NCBI GenBank assembly: GCA_048013815.1 | Contig: CM106586.1 | Span: forward strand, 5,456,001 to 5,520,000 | Length of the DNA stretch: 64,000 nt | Direction of reading: 5' to 3' | Source: Setoptus koraiensis | Lineage: Eukaryota; Animalia; Arthropoda | In this document: positions 10,964-26,600 of the stretch, piece by piece | How the letters are laid out: each line of letters begins with the position of its first letter | Position numbering within the stretch: the first letter of the stretch is position 1 | Made by a program: the position numbers and the translations under genes | Notes under the pieces: model-generated | What the model was told of the DNA's origin: nothing | Seen by the model: the letters and a program-made list of their open reading frames with translations, nothing else | Databases searched by the model: none

Positions 10964-12374
10964 GACGACAGCTACATTGAGTTTCTAAAATCGATTTGTT
11001 GGAACCACCGGAGATCACAGCTTTCGAGTGATCTTGGATCTCAATTGAAGTGGAATCTCAGTTGCAATCGCAAATTTTATGCACTGAACATATTCGCACA
11101 CATTTCTATTTTTAGGGTTAATACTACTATAACTAGAATTTCATGGAAGGATATTGTTCGTCGTGCAGCGACCAATAGTAGTATAAACACTAAAACATCA
11201 ATAAGCAATGCAGTTGTGGCATATAGCTACACCATTGTGCTTCGAAAGTCTCACCATAGTATTGACGAGTCGAATAATCTATATTAATTGTGCAGTCTAT
11301 TGTTGAGATTGATCAAATCAATAAAAATCATATCATGACCTAGAATATTAAGGACCGATCCGGACGAGTCGATCCTTTCCAGAAGCAGCACCACCATTTT
11401 CATGTGGAAAAAAAATCTAATGACCTGACTGATGAGGCAGCTCGTCTTCCGGTTCCGCTTGCGACGCTTAGTCCGAGATTAACCGAGAAGTGTTGTTTCA
11501 AATCGAATTCTAGATTTTGCGTTCACACTGGCCTAAGAATCTATAATTGTCTTTTGGAACTTCGCTGGACTGCTTGTTTTTGAGGCTGTATTATAAAATA
11601 TAAACACTGTCAAGTGAATCGCCAAGAGAGTGAGTTCTGTTTTTTTATAGCATCTTTTGTGCGAGAACATAAGATGAAAAAAAGAATTTACAACTATTTT
11701 CCTCTCTCATGGTTAGGAAAGATGATTCAGACGAGACTCTGATCAGATGTTCTTTCAATTATCTTCTTCGAGAATAGACTTGAGAATCTTTCCTAAGCAC
11801 GAATTGAGGTATTGTAGAGAAATTTCGAGCAAAAAAAGTTACTCCGGAAGATGTCTGTTTAGTCAAAAGTAGGACCGTACATACAAGCTTACAAACACGA
11901 TTACAGTTACCATCATCCGATTGAACGGCTCTATTGCATAAAGTGATCACTGATCAACAATGAGGACTTCTGCTAGAGTTTGAAGACAGTTCATATCTCC
12001 TCTTTGTTCGATGAAACGTGAGATTAGTTTTATAGAACGGACTTTTTCAGCATTCTACGTTCAGCTGAAAAAATAAAATCTAGATCTGAAATATTTTCAC
12101 TCTATCATGATAGTATTTCAGTTGCACGCAAGGCTGGGAAGAAACCTTTGGAGAGTCACTACTCATCTTCGGAGACACAAGTGGAGAATCTATCAGAGAT
12201 GAAAAAAAAACTGACAGGAATCCTATAAAAGCTGGCACCCACAAAGTTCATATTGATTGAGATCATCACATTCAACATTTTTCCGCATATAAACTTTCAA
12301 AAGTTCATGAATACAGATTGCCGTTCCTACTATAGGACCCCAAAAAGTATCTGCAGGTAAGTGGTGGAATATAC

Positions 12375-12375
<1 letters not shown>

Positions 12376-12424
<49 letters not shown>
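12376..12424. repeat. Compound (AT)n(GT)7 microsatellite
   Basis: Uninterrupted TA/AT tract 12376-12410 runs directly into (GT)7 at 12411-12424. Confidence 0.95.
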
Positions 12425-13381
12425 ATGTTGATGACATGCAGACTATGTTCTTGTTTAACTTTCCGTGATTTGAAGGCTCCTGGGGTCTGAAGAAGCTTCG
12501 AAGTCATGTGAAGTATCATATCGACTAGATGTCAAGGTTCATGAGTAGATTGCTCTCCGTATATTCATCTCGTCAAAAGAACACTCTCGAATGTCATTCT
12601 TGATGTAGACGAAGAATATTGTTGAAGGTCGTCAATCTTCAACAAGAACCATCAGGGTCTATGATGTCTCTCTGAGCTTGTCAGGGTGATCCCTCCAGCC
12701 TCGCAAATCGATATATCAACAATCCAGCTGAGTTCAGATGCTGATTCGACAAATGACGGAAAACACGTATATGCTTATAATATGAACTGCTTCAGTTGGT
12801 GAACATCTAGAGATAGCCGATTTGCACAATACTTCATGTAGCAACAAGCAACTAGACTAGCAGTAAGCATGCTACCAATAACTCGGAAGAGAGTAGAAGA
12901 TAGAAATCGAGCTTACAATCGAGCTTGTTAGTTCACATGATCCGCTCAACTCATTAGAGTTTGTTAGAGTTAGCGTTCTAACTATAGCAGTATTGGAAAT
13001 TGTAAACGAGAGGGTTCTTGTTGTTTTGCTGAAAATATATTGTATCACATGTCTACCAGGCTCACGAGTACAATCAACAGTAAAAATAGCAACAAGAAAC
13101 GAAAGTTATCTCGAGGGGACCCATGTACTAACGGTGTATAGCAACCGCGCACAGTGAATGTTGAAATTAATTAAGTGTAACACTGCACATATATCTGGCG
13201 TATCGAAATTTCGTGCGCCTTGCCATTGTGGCAAGATCATAGATGCACTCACTTGTTATGTAAGCTTCTAGAAAATTGTTGTTGTTGACGTGCGCTTGCA
13301 CATGTTTGATAATGTTGCACAGTTGTCGTGCTGTTATGGTGCAGATAGCTCATTTCATCGCATCCTATTGGAAACATTCCC

Positions 13382-13384
<3 letters not shown>

Positions 13385-13414
<30 letters not shown>
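13385..13414. repeat. (AG)15 microsatellite
   Basis: Perfect AG dinucleotide run. Confidence 0.95.
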
Positions 13415-13419
<5 letters not shown>

Positions 13420-14670
13420 TGTGAGGACCAAGCTGAAATGCCAAAAAGCACCTTGTGCAGCTAACTAGCACAGAGCGTGACGCTGCGTTGCGTGTGCCGC
13501 TTTGCCATAGGTCTTTTATAAGTATTTTGTGTGCGGTCAACTAGTACACGATGATGCATGCAGTAAGTATTTGCGCATGAACTGTGCCTACGCACGAGGC
13601 ACTACATCTCCGCACGTCAAAGCAACACAACTCAACAGTAATGATCATCATGAGGTGGACGTCCGACGTCGCATGTGTTCGCTTTTTGTTCGCTTTGAAG
13701 CGCTCTCTACAACATTGCAGCGAACAGCCTGAGCTATTGGCTTTAGCTCGTTTTTGCTAAGAATCGGCCGCAAGAGGGCGCTCTTTGATTGCACGTTCGC
13801 GTCAATCGCCTACGCTCATGGAGACTCTGGCGACGGCACAGTTCGCGGTAAGACCTTACAGCAAGACCGATCAAAAGCGAACTCGCAGCTAAAAGCGAAC
13901 ACCGCTCTCTGATGATCATCATCAGGCGACTCATCTTTGAGATCTGCGCAAAATGTACATAAGCACACACACAAACACCTTTGAGAGTGAGCCAAAGCAG
14001 CGGCACACATTGCTAATGCACAACACATACACGCTTCTGATGTACAGAGAAATAGAGGACACACACGGACTCAAGCGCTGACATATACAAACATACAGAC
14101 GGGCTAGCTTTAAACATTATGCGTTCGTATGTCCGTATGTGTGTGAGTTGTGAATGTGTGCAAGCGTCTGTGTTTGTTAGTAAATCATTTTTTGCCTTGC
14201 TCGCTCGCTTGCATGCTCACTAACGCAACACTACAGCATACAGTATATATTGTTGTGTGTACGGTCATGTAGGTAATATACTATTGGATAGTCACAAAAA
14301 TTCGATAGAAACCAACTGAAATTGAGATGAATAATCAGCGAACAACAACGGCCAATTTGATAACACAAATCGCACATCATCAAATCGACAGAATATCCAT
14401 TCATCACTGCTGTATAATTTATCTATTTACACTCATAAATTAATCATCATTCGCAGCATCTTACTACTATTATTATCACTACTCTTTTTTTATCAACATT
14501 ATTATTATTTCCTTCGCACACAGACACAAATACACACTCTCATACGAATATATATACATATATATCTATATCTATCAATATTCAGAATTACTTGATTATA
14601 CATTAATATATAATAATAATTGGTAAACGTCACAATTGTCGCCCATCAGCATTTCACATTATCTTTGACA

Positions 14671-17600
14671 ATGCTGTCCATTGGCCAAGATGACACGAAC
14701 ACTCTCAAAGACGTTATACTTACGCTGTTGTCCAATTCCGAAGTCATTGATACCCTACTAGATCAGATATTGAGCCTTCCATCAATATCGCCATTCATTG
14801 AGTTGGGCCACCAGATAAAAGCAGGCGAACATTTTTGGCCAAAAGTGGACGCATTGGATCATGTGTCTTCTAGCAATAACAATCATATCTCAACAATAGT
14901 GAAAGACCTCGAGTTCATTTGGAGATCTCTTACCTTACCAATCGACCCATTCAGTCAGGATCACATCACAAAATTAACACGAATTGTCCAAGCTTGTCAG
15001 CTACTGGCGCTGAAATTAGTTGTGTCTAGCTTACAAAACAGCAATCATGATGCCATTGATTTGTACCAAACAACATTCGCATCTGCACCAAGCCAATGTA
15101 CTCCAGATCTGTCGGCAACCTGCAACAGTAGCAACAGTGACAGTAGTACAAAATCGCCATTGGAGAGAAAACAGCAACAACAGCAGAAGAATCATGTCGT
15201 AGAAAATTGTGTTGGAAATCAACCTAGTCCCATTTTGTTGGTTGAAATCGTTCATGCAAGTATCGAGCTATACAACAAGATAATGGCTATCATTAAGCAG
15301 TCCGTAAAAGGAGGCACACACATATGCCAAGATGCTCATATGACCACATGCTGGATGTTGCTAGAAGGCATACAAGAATATGTTAACAAAATGGATAAAA
15401 GTAACAATGAGAACGACCGTGGAGGTAACATCATAACTATGAGCCAGCCATTAGTGTTATTAGCATCTCAGGCAGTTCTACTCCTCAATCAACTCTTTGA
15501 TGATTTGTCAGCCAAGATGACTCTGGGCCTTCAAGTGCCCCCCCTTGCCACATCAAGCGATGCTGATGATATCGATATGGGTTCAGTTAAAAATGAGAAA
15601 ACTGATGATCAAGTATCTAGCACTAGTTCAACCAACACGACCTGGAAACGAATTGAAGTCATATTAACTAATGTCAACATGTGCGGTCTTTTGCTCGATT
15701 TGGCATCTCACTCTCAAGGAGCCTCAGCTGAAATTTATGCGTCCAATCTTAAAAATCATTCTCCTTTAACGCAGACATCGGCAAAAAATATTTGTGATCA
15801 ATTAAATGTTACATCATCTATAGTTAGATCGGATCAGGATAGTAGTGATAATTGTGGTAAAAATAGAAATCGATCTTCAATCACTCTTGTACCTGAAGAT
15901 GTATCCGTGATAGCATGCACTGAATCTATTGTTGATTTTTCTGATGATTCTTCTAGTCAAGATGAAGATAGTGAACCAATCTTGGGGCAATTATTCAAAG
16001 AACATCCAACAGACGAAACAAACCAAAAATTATCTAGTGATGAACAAACTGATGAACAAAATAAGAATAGTAGACTTACAAGAAGTGCAATCACAATAAA
16101 CGACATCGCAATCGCTACTGGAAGTTCCATTAACGAGCCTCATAAACATCTTGAGCTAGCAACCAATATACTAGATTTTATAAATCAACATTTCCTTCAT
16201 TCAGAAGCAGGGAGCCTACGAACTTATTTAAAATCTAGCTTTGACGACAAACATATATTTATGCTAGCTGAAATGTTAAAAAACGTTGATCGAAGTTATG
16301 ACGACTCACTATACTATGCTGAGTATTCGCGATCTCTGTGTACCTTTATACAGAATTTAATAGCAACGCATATATTATCTGAGGATGGTGACACAGTATC
16401 ATGTTCCAATTTACTAACATACTTGGGAGTGAATCCTCGTCAACAAGAAACGTCGTGGCCATTTTACATACCTCCCAAAACACTATCGGTCCTAGCTCAA
16501 GTTATGCTACTCGACCAGCACCGTAAAAAAGACGATATGAGATCTGATTTTGGCTCATCAATTTTGTTTATCTGGCAAAATCTTCTCGATCACCTGTCGC
16601 TTGTCATAATGAGCCCCAGTTCCATGGATGACACTCAGAGTATCATAAGTAAAAAAAATGACATCAATATAGAACACGCTCAACTACTTCTATTCCTATT
16701 TCACAATTTGAAAATACTACAACGTAAGACCGTTCTCCTAATGACTGCTAGTTGTGTAACAAAAGTAGCTCAAACTCTAGATGGTCCAATGAATAGTATG
16801 AAGGTCATGTATTTAGCAAGATTAGTACATTTTCTTGAATACATGCTGAAGTATCTCTATGAAGTACCTCAGTTCCTACAAGATCAAGTTGAGCATCTTT
16901 TATCCCGCGATTGCTGCCACTCTAATGTTTCATTGCGTTCATCAGGACAAGGAAACCAAAAATCTAGATCAACACCGAATCAAGATTCAAAACCATACTT
17001 CTACGACAAAGAACTCGAAGCTCACTACAAAGTTTTCTGCTCTCAACAGTCACAGTTGCAAACTGCCCCTTTGTCTGTGTCACCTCCCTCTATGCCGAAT
17101 TCTTTCATTTCAGGATCTACTGAATCAGCCACAGCTGGTAACTCTTCGAATACACGATCAAAACCACCGTCCTCATTGAGATCCACTCCCACGTCTGAAG
17201 GAATCAAGTACAACTTTAGCAATCACCAATCATCAATTAAATTTTATCACTTGATCAACGTTGAGCAAACATCTAACAAAGATGTTCCTCGTCTAGATGG
17301 AATGGCCATGAAATTTGTCCTAGTTGGCTTACCTGGAACTCTTTCTTACGAGGAATTTTATGATGCCCTGGTGAAGATTCTTGACGTTGGATTGCTGCTC
17401 GACAGCTTTACCCATAACTGTGCCCTCGATTGTGCAGTTCTATATTGTTTCTCAATGGCATGGAGACTTATTTTACAGATGCCTCCATCACCAAAATATA
17501 TCAGTATGATATCTAGTCCCGAACCTAGTTCCAATCGAGCCGTCATACTAATTGATCTTATCTGGTCTACCAGGATAGTGAATAGTAAATGGCTATACTT

Positions 17601-20600
17601 CTGGTTGAAAGACTCCGTTTCTAAAATGATACCTGAAACTTCCACTGCGGAAACCGAACTTATTTTAAGACGTTTGGTTGAAAATGCTCACTCTTTCGAT
17701 TACAACATCAAACTAATGAATCATCATGCAGGTCTGTTCGTCAAAGCTCTTCGTGATAGGATTACCACTGATGAATCAAAAGAGATCCGACCAATCAACT
17801 CTTTCAGCTCTAGATCCAGAATTCCTAAAGACCATCTTCCAAGACTATACGACAACTTTATTATGGAGTGCTTGATCGTTAAAATTCACTACTTGTTGAA
17901 GAATTCCCTGTGTTCTCGAGATCCAGCTAGCATTGGAACGACACTTGCCCATTTGTGCAACATCAAACTATTTGATAGCACAGAAGCCATAGAGGCTTTG
18001 GACAAAATCTGGATTTCCCTATTTGCAATAGCAGAGGCATGTTCCGATTGTATAAGATGGAATCTATTATACCAAGCTCAAACGCCAGACACAACTAGAC
18101 TCGCTTCTGATACTCATTTGGAAATATATAATCTTTTCCTTGAAATATCATCCCCTAAAGCGTCAAGTACCTTACCTTTCCAACTCACTGATACATTCTC
18201 ACTACCAGAACTGGTCTTGAAACCTTTTAAGCAATTTGAGCTCATTGAATGTGAACCTATGGATCCCTTAAATTATGATCTGGCATCCATCAAAAATCAC
18301 CATTTCGTTGACACCCGCACAAACTCAACTATTTTCTCACTCAATGCAACCAATACGAGCTTGAAGAATATGATGTGTTCTATTATCAAATTGATTGATT
18401 CATCTGTCGAGTACTCAGGCAAGCGTAGCAATGAAGAATTCGTTAACTTCTCAATAAGCTTACAATCAGATTGTGCTCTTGAAAGTATGTACTCATTTTC
18501 TAATCAAGCTAATCTAGAAAATGATGAGTCTTTAAACAGCAAGTTGTGCATCAAAGCGCTACATAGATGCCACGAAATACTCGTCAAACATCATCTCGAA
18601 GCCCCAGAGAAATTCCTGGAACAATCTATTATACTCATGGAAAACTTATTAAGAACCTCAGAAGGACAGACATGCCTTGAAAAGTTCTTTTGTGATTCCG
18701 ACAACATACACCTAGTTGACTTATTTAAGCCTGCTTCTAATCTAGAAACAGTGTCTGATTACTCCAGTTGGATATTGAGATTTTTTAGTAAGTTGTTTAG
18801 TCAAGCGGATCGTAACACAGATACTATCAGCTTAGTTCGACTCTGTTCTTCATTGACATGTATAAGCAAGAATTCAGATCTGATAAGTTGCTGGTTGCGT
18901 AAACTGTTCAAGATAGCGAAATCGCCCAATGTCGAGACCACTCGAGACATCAATATGTTCACCTTAGAACCTCAAGCTCAAGAAAATCTCACTGCAATCA
19001 TTGAATATCTAGTGAAAGAAAATTCCTTTGTAGACGATTCGGTTCCTGCAGTATTTCTCGAAGGACTTATACCTATAGCTGACCAGGCTCTGACGGCGGC
19101 AATCAGTATGACACCTGATCAAACAGCACCCAACTTCAATTTCGTGGACCTATCCATGCTTTTGACGTCCTTAGCCAACTCCGATCGTGGGCGGAATCAT
19201 ATAATTCTTCTCTCCCATGGCATAAAATGGCTAAAGAAATGTCGATCGTTCCTCTCGGAGCAGGGTATATTAGAAAAACTTTGTGAGTTGGCCAACAGTC
19301 CTCAAAGCGACCAGAATCAGCTCATTCTCGACGCGACATGCTGCTTGCTGGCATATCTCAACAACGTTCTAGACATGCTTAAATTCCTCACTTCCATGTC
19401 GAGTGTCAAAAGCCACGAAGAAATTCAGGATCTTGTAAATCTTAGCCAATTGGATACTGAGAACGACTGGGTTGATGACGGTCCTAGTTTCAATGTTGGG
19501 GATGATGACGAAGATTCGGCTGGAGAAGACAGCGATGATGAATCCTTGTGCAATAAGCTCTGTACTTTCACTATGACACAAAGAGAGTTCATGAGTCAGC
19601 ATTGGTACCATTGCCATTCTTGCAAAATGATTGACAGAGTTGGAGTATGCTCTATATGTGCCAGGGTTTGTCACAAAGATCACGATGTTACTTACGCAAA
19701 GTTTGGCGCTTTCTTTTGTGACTGCGGGGCTAGAGATGACAACAGTTGTCTAGCTCTCACGAAAAGGTCCTCAACAATTGAAGAGAACTATCAAGCTATT
19801 CCCAACTCCGGAGCAATGAATCAAATCAACGAAGCAAGCAATGATCACGATCAAGAATCACAAGCTTACAAACAGAGCGGCATCTCTAGTATGGGTGCGC
19901 AATCTTCAAAAGATCTCAATGATGAAATCAAGAGAGCAACCAACCGTCATCAGCAGATCGCGAAGCATTTAGATCCGTTCAAAAGCGATCTGATAACTAT
20001 ATTCTCTTCCTCAGATGTGTGCTCTACAGTGTTGGAATTATTGGATTGCCTCATTCCAGCCTATATACGATCAGCTTACAATGACTCACACATTGGAAGA
20101 TCAGTCAGAGCAAGATTAGCCATAGAGGAGCTACACTCCAAACCCAAAAACTTCATATCTAGTGAATCCCTGATGGTACCAACATTAGGTTCTCAAGAGG
20201 GAGCATTTGAAAACGTTAGGCTCAGTTTTACAGGAGAACATGCGCATACTATTCGACACCTCATGAGCAACAATATCATTCGACGAGTTGCTATGACGTC
20301 TCTATCTTCCCCCCAAGGAAAGAGACAACATCTTGTTGTGTGCCACGAAAAAGGAAAAATTACTTTATTACAGCTCAATGCTCTTCTACGTCAGGCGGAC
20401 TCATCCAAGAAAAAGCTAACTCTGACCAGATTAGCTTCCGCTCCAGTTCCATTCCTTGTTATTTCTGTCAACGCCAATCCTTTAAATGAGGATGTTCTAG
20501 CTGTTTGCGGACTTAAAGATTGCCACATTCTATCATTCAGTCCTGCTGGCCTCGTCACTGGTCACATCATCACTAATCTACAGCTATCATCGTCTGGAGC

Positions 20601-23600
20601 CAGCAACCATATCATCAAGTGCATGTGGATTCCAGGTAGCCAGACAGAGTTGGCCATAGTAACTGCGGACTTCATTAGAATCTACGATCTAGCCATAAGT
20701 TCCGAGAATCCTCAGTTCCACCTGGTCCTTCCATCAGGCAAAGCGAGAGATGTTACTTTTCTCGTTCCGGAATGCAGTAATCTTAGGTATATTCTTGTCA
20801 TAACATCATCAGGCCATATATATAGTCAAGCTTTAACGCCCGAAACAGGGAATGGCCCTTTTTATATAACATCAACGTTGGAAGTGAAACATGATTCTAT
20901 CAGAGAAGTTAACAACTTTATCAACGGTGGTGGTGTATCTATATACTATTCACATGCTTTTAAGATCCTGTTCTTCTCTTACACAAACGGAAAGAATTAC
21001 ATGGCTTCCATACCTAAAGCAAATTGTGTGCAGGAAGTATTCTTGATCGCAGTAGAGTTCAGTAATGGATCTGCTGGATTACCTAATTCTAATCAGAATG
21101 CTGCAGTCGATCCCACGTCTTCCGAAGTATCTGAAGCCATTGAACCTTCCACCTCGTCTGCTCGGTCTAACCAGGACTCAACCTCAGCCAATAGTAAATC
21201 TCCAGCAGTATTCGGAGCGTCTGGTCAGCCATTATGCCAATGGTCTGAGGTGACAGGTCATGTTGGTCTTGTTATGGCCATGTGTCAGGGATCGAACAAC
21301 CCTGTTATATTTATGATTAAGCCGGATTCCGTTTGCACCCAAGAAATACGCTACTTATCCATCAAATCCAAAATAACGGATGCCACTGCGATAAGACACA
21401 CGACTTCATCTGGCGAGATACGTACAACATTGATCCTCCTGTGCGAAGACGGAAGTCTGAGAATATACATGGCTTCGCAAGAAGCAACAGACTTCTGGTT
21501 GAAAATATCTCTAAGTTACTCCTCCCTACATAACATCTCCCAGGGTTCTTATTGTAACAAATCTAAGAAAAGAAAGTGCTCAAAGACCCCAAGTGGTAGA
21601 CTGTCGACCTCAGGACCCAATCCGACGTTCCCAATAGACTTCTTTGAACACTGTCAGGTAATGAATGATATAGAGTTCGGCGGATCTGACATACTGGCTA
21701 TATACAACGTACAACAAATCAAACATAGACTTAATACAGCCGGTATGCATATAACGTGCACTAAGCCAATGGGATTTTCTGTAGATATAATTAATAACGA
21801 CTGTAATACCGTTGTTTGTGGAGTGAGAGTTCTCGTAGGCAGTCAAGAGGTTAATCGCTCACCGTCTTCGATAGAAATATTCAATCGGTCATTGCAACTT
21901 AACCCAGCCACTAGTCGTTGGTACGACTTCCCATTCACCAGAGAGGAGTCAATACAAGCAGAGAAGAAGTTCACTATAACGTTCGGCCCATCAACTGATC
22001 CTCAGAGCATCTGCCAAGTTGATTCAATTAAAGTTCATGGAAAAAGTAAAGAGACATTTTCTTGGCCCGAGGAGAGTGAGGATATTTTGAAAACTCAGCC
22101 CTTACCACCTTGTGGACCAGGATTTTTCAACCACGGCGATCTTTACTCGGGCGCTCGAAGGCAAGTCGCTGCTTCAAATTGCTATCACAAGCTACTCACT
22201 AATTCATTAGAAGTTTTGGAGTGCTGCTTGAGCTTGGGTAAAGGATTCGACGCTGATCGCCAGAAACAAAAGAATATGGCTCTAGAACTCTCCACTAGTC
22301 TTCTTACTGTTCCATACCCACCTCAAGTTCTGAAAAGTATCAAGAGCTTGTTACTAGAATACTACTCAAATAGGTACACCTACAATCAGAATCGTGATGC
22401 TACTGCACTGAATTTCATCATCAAGAACGTAAAGTCGACAGACCAGGGTACTATGGATGGAGAGGTATTCTCAAGGGTAATCTCCATCATGAGATCCTTA
22501 GCTCAATCAAGACTATTCAATATAATCAAATTGAGCGAACAATTATCAACTAAGATTGGGTTATCTCCAGGATCCACCGTACTGGAAGCATCTTCTGACG
22601 CAGCTGATTCATCTTCCAAACAATGCCAAAACCTCATGATATATGTTTCAAACCTATTTTGGAAACTTTATGAATGCAGACCTTGTAATATGGCTCTCGC
22701 TTCAGTGGCCAATTACGGGATAACAAACTCAGATGACACACTACAGGCGCTCATTGAAGTCATTTATATGTCGACTCTCTGCAATAGCGCAAATGTTCCA
22801 ACTGCAACAAGAGTCTTGATCAAGTTTCTGTTGAGCGAAGACCGTAATATAAGTTTCATAACGCGGCAAACTTTGATAAGATTGTTCAGGACTCGTTCTC
22901 AGAGATCTACCAACTCAGTTCAACCGATTGGTGTCCCGGTTGCTCAGACTTCGCGAAGCAATTCACCTATTGGTCATGATGCGAAGGCCACTTCCAGCTC
23001 CTGTCCAACTAATAATCAATCGAGTGTCGATACCAACGTCTGTCAAACGATATCAGATAGACTGAGCTCAATTGCTGAGAATCAGCTTCTGAATCAATCT
23101 ATTTATAATACACCAAACCAATCGTCGTCTGTTTTGAATCCTTCTAGAGATCATGTCGATGTATCTCGTCAAGATAATGACGATGATATGGCCATTGCAA
23201 TAGCCTTGAGTTTGCAAGACGACTCCCAGAATAACTCAGTCACTGATAATGCCGCTACCGCAGCCCCCACTACATCTGGACGATCGGAGATCAATCTGTT
23301 ATCTGATAGAATGCCAAGCGCTGAGGAACTTCTCAGCGATACAACTGCATCGGGAGTTGCATCGGACGACGAGTTATCGACTTCGGCCCCGATAATAAGA
23401 ACTCCAGTTACAACCAGTCAAACAGAGGCCTCTCAGATACAAGACGAGGAAAACGTGAAAGTAGAAAAAGTAGCAAATGACGCCCAACCTTCCAAATTGA
23501 TCATAAAATCAAATGTAGCTCTCAAGCCATCGGAATCATCGAATGAGGAGGCCGACAAAATGCGCCAGTTGCATATAAGTCTTTTGGAACAATTGATAGA

Positions 23601-26600
23601 GCATCTGCCTGAAACGAGAGAAGCCGGTGGAGTCAGGTCAATATCATTATTGCATGCTATACTTGTACTAACGTTGGATTTAGATTGCGAAAATGAGCGA
23701 GACAAGTCTGTGCTCATGAATCTACTGATAACATTGCTGCAAGAGCTACTTTGGAATACTAGTAACTTCGACACTGTTGTTGTAAGGACACCAACGAACG
23801 AAGTCAAGTTGGTCATCATGAGAATGTTATCCATACTCATGTCTAAAGTAAGAACATCTACTGTGGCATCAGCAATGTCTTCATCATCTAAAGCGGAAAC
23901 CGATAGCTGTTGGTCTGCTTATTGTTCATCGGTTACTGCTATGTCTTTGATAAACACAGGTGTTCTTGAATTCAGCTTCAAAGTTCTGACAAGTCTTCAT
24001 GCTTATTGGCAACAAATGTCACCAACCATAGTTAATTCTCAAACCGTCAACTCTCATCTAGCTCCAGTTTCCAACGAAACTTTCAGTGCTATCAATCAAT
24101 CACTATTGCCCAAATCTAATACCAGCTCTATCATGCCAGACATGTCACCATTCTTCTTAAGACAACATTTGAAAGGTCCATGTTCTGATGTGTTCGAAGA
24201 CTATCAGCAGTTATTAACAGAGATGGTTTTAAGGCTTCCTTATCAAATCAAGAAAGTCTCCAACTCATCATCGAATAATCTGAAACCAGTAAATTTTGCA
24301 ACTGAATGGAACTCCATATTGTGTGATTACCTAATGATACCGATACCATCTTATCTCAGAAAGCAAGTAAGAAAATTATTGACATTTATCTGTGGTTCGA
24401 AAGAAAAATACCGACAGTTACGAGACTTCCATGCTCTAAGATCTCACTCCAGGGCTGTCAAAGTTATTTTTGGTTACACATGCGAGGAACGCTCTAGCAA
24501 TGACGACAATCAATCGGACATCGAATCATCCGAAAGTACAATCAACATTCATGAGCCTCTGACATCCGTCAGCCTCACATATGACGCCATGATAGATTTA
24601 GTAGAGCATTTCAAGGCCTGTTTAGAAATTGCTCAAAATCGATGCATTAATTGGCAGCTCTACTGTCAGGCAAAGGACAAAAGTTTGCTTCTGTTTCTGA
24701 TCCGTGTCAGTCTAACGATAGGGGATGATGTTTCACCCATGATATTGGAGCTACTACATCAAGCATTAAGTCCAAAGCAATTGACAGCTAGCGCTACATT
24801 GAATCCCCAATCAGCGACTCCGCTTATAGCATCGACATCCTCTAATGCTATTATCAGCGATCAAGCTCTTAGAGACTTAACATCAGAGTCCCTGAGTGCT
24901 CATTTGGCGCAGAAACTCATCACGTCGATACCTCGAGATTTGTTGTCCCAATTTATTCAATGCTTTTTGCTTGAATCAAATCTCACTTCTCTACGGTGGC
25001 AAGCTCATATCCTTTTATTTAGCCTATGGACCAACTTTCTACCGAACCAACAGCAAGACTTGGTCAAAGTTCTCTGGTCTTTATGGCAAAAGCTACCGAT
25101 GTATGGAAGGAAAGCTACACAATTCGTAGATTTTACAGGTTTTGCTACTCTCAAAAGTCCTCCATGCGAGCCAAGTTTCGAAGCTACCTTATGTCATGAG
25201 ACTCTTCAAGTTCTTCGTCAGCAAAATCAGATACTTATATACCATCCAAACACCAATATATACAACTCTCTACAAGGCCTTGTTGACTTTGACAGTTACT
25301 ATCTAGAAAGTGAACCATGTTCTGTATGCAACAGTCCAGAGGTTGGTTATGCGAATCTAAAACTGAACTCAATCAAAGTTGATTCGCGATTTACAACTAC
25401 CACTCAAATCATCAAACTCATTGGCAGTCACACTATATCGAGATTTTCGCTTCGCATAGCCGATATCAAACGTAGCAAGATGGTCAAGACTATCAATATC
25501 TACTACAACAACAGAACAGTGCAATCTGTTGTAGAGCTTAAAAACAAAACGGGTATTTGGAACAAAGCTAGAAAGTATAGCCTTTCACCTGGACAGACTG
25601 ATGTAAAGATCGACTTTTCCTTGCCTATTATAGCTTGCAACATGATGATTGAATTCTTGGAATTCTACGAAAATCTACAAGCATCATCTGAAACACTGCA
25701 ATGTCCGCGTTGTTCGACTTCTGTGTCAGCTAATCCTGGAGTTTGTAGTAATTGTGGTGAAAATGTATTTCAATGTCATAAATGTCGCGCTATCAATTAC
25801 GACGAAAAGGATCCATTTTTGTGTAACAGTTGTGGATTTTGTAAATATGCTAAATTTGATATTACACTTACAGCGAAACCTACATGTGCAGTCGATCCCA
25901 TCGAGAGTGAAGACGATAGGAAGAAGGCCGTTACGACCATCAACAATTTGCTTGAGAAAGCAGATCGTGTTTACAAGAATTTGATGCTGAACAAACCTAC
26001 TCTGGAGTTACTGCTTCTCAGGATTCAAGAACATGGATTAATGGATAACACACAAGACGAAAATGTTCAATCCTCTGTCCAGATACCAATCAATTCAACG
26101 AACGTGATGAATATTCCAAGCACTTTGTCTCAGACGATCTCTTCTTCATCTTCGACCTCTATAGTACCCCCAACCGCAGCATCTATTGTAGCTGGCACCG
26201 CGACGTCTGCTCCTCCACCATCATCTTTATCTTGCGTTAATAAGGCAATCCAGCAAGTCGCGCAAAAATACTGTATTGAATGTAGGTGCGCATTTGAGGA
26301 GCTGTCCAAGATAACTCACAAAGTATTGGCATCCCGTAAAGAGTTGGTGGACTATGACAATCGCCAACTTCGTCAATGTCTCTCTGCTGGTTCGTCAGTT
26401 CTATCATCGGCTGATCGACGCAAATCTAAGGTCTACTCATCTCTATCTAGTGGGTCCGGGCGCTGCTACGGATGTGCGTCCGCAACAGTCGAGCACTGTG
26501 TCACAATGCTCAAAGCTTTATCAACTCTACCTAGACTCAAGTTATATATTTGTAGCAGTGGCATCATAAACGAGCTTGTCGATTACAATCTAAGGAATGG

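Noticed and set aside
11428-11500. CTGATGAG resembling a hammerhead ribozyme core (also CTGATGA on the - strand near 31400)
   Set aside because: There is no stem II closed by GAAA at a suitable distance and no stem I/III pairing.
11950-12620. Short - strand peptides (DMNCLQTLAEVLIVDQ; IRECSFDEM) faintly resembling parts of the 384-aa orphan, suggesting decayed paralogues
   Set aside because: The matches are a few residues long, flanked by stops and in the wrong order. They cannot be supported without a tBLASTn.
14620-14670. ORF-track start of UBR4 at TTG 14620 (likewise TTG starts for LIG1 at 36289 and spn-E at 62839)
   Set aside because: These are non-ATG starts from a prokaryote-style ORF caller. 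The first in-frame ATG or a spliced upstream exon is more plausible in a eukaryote.
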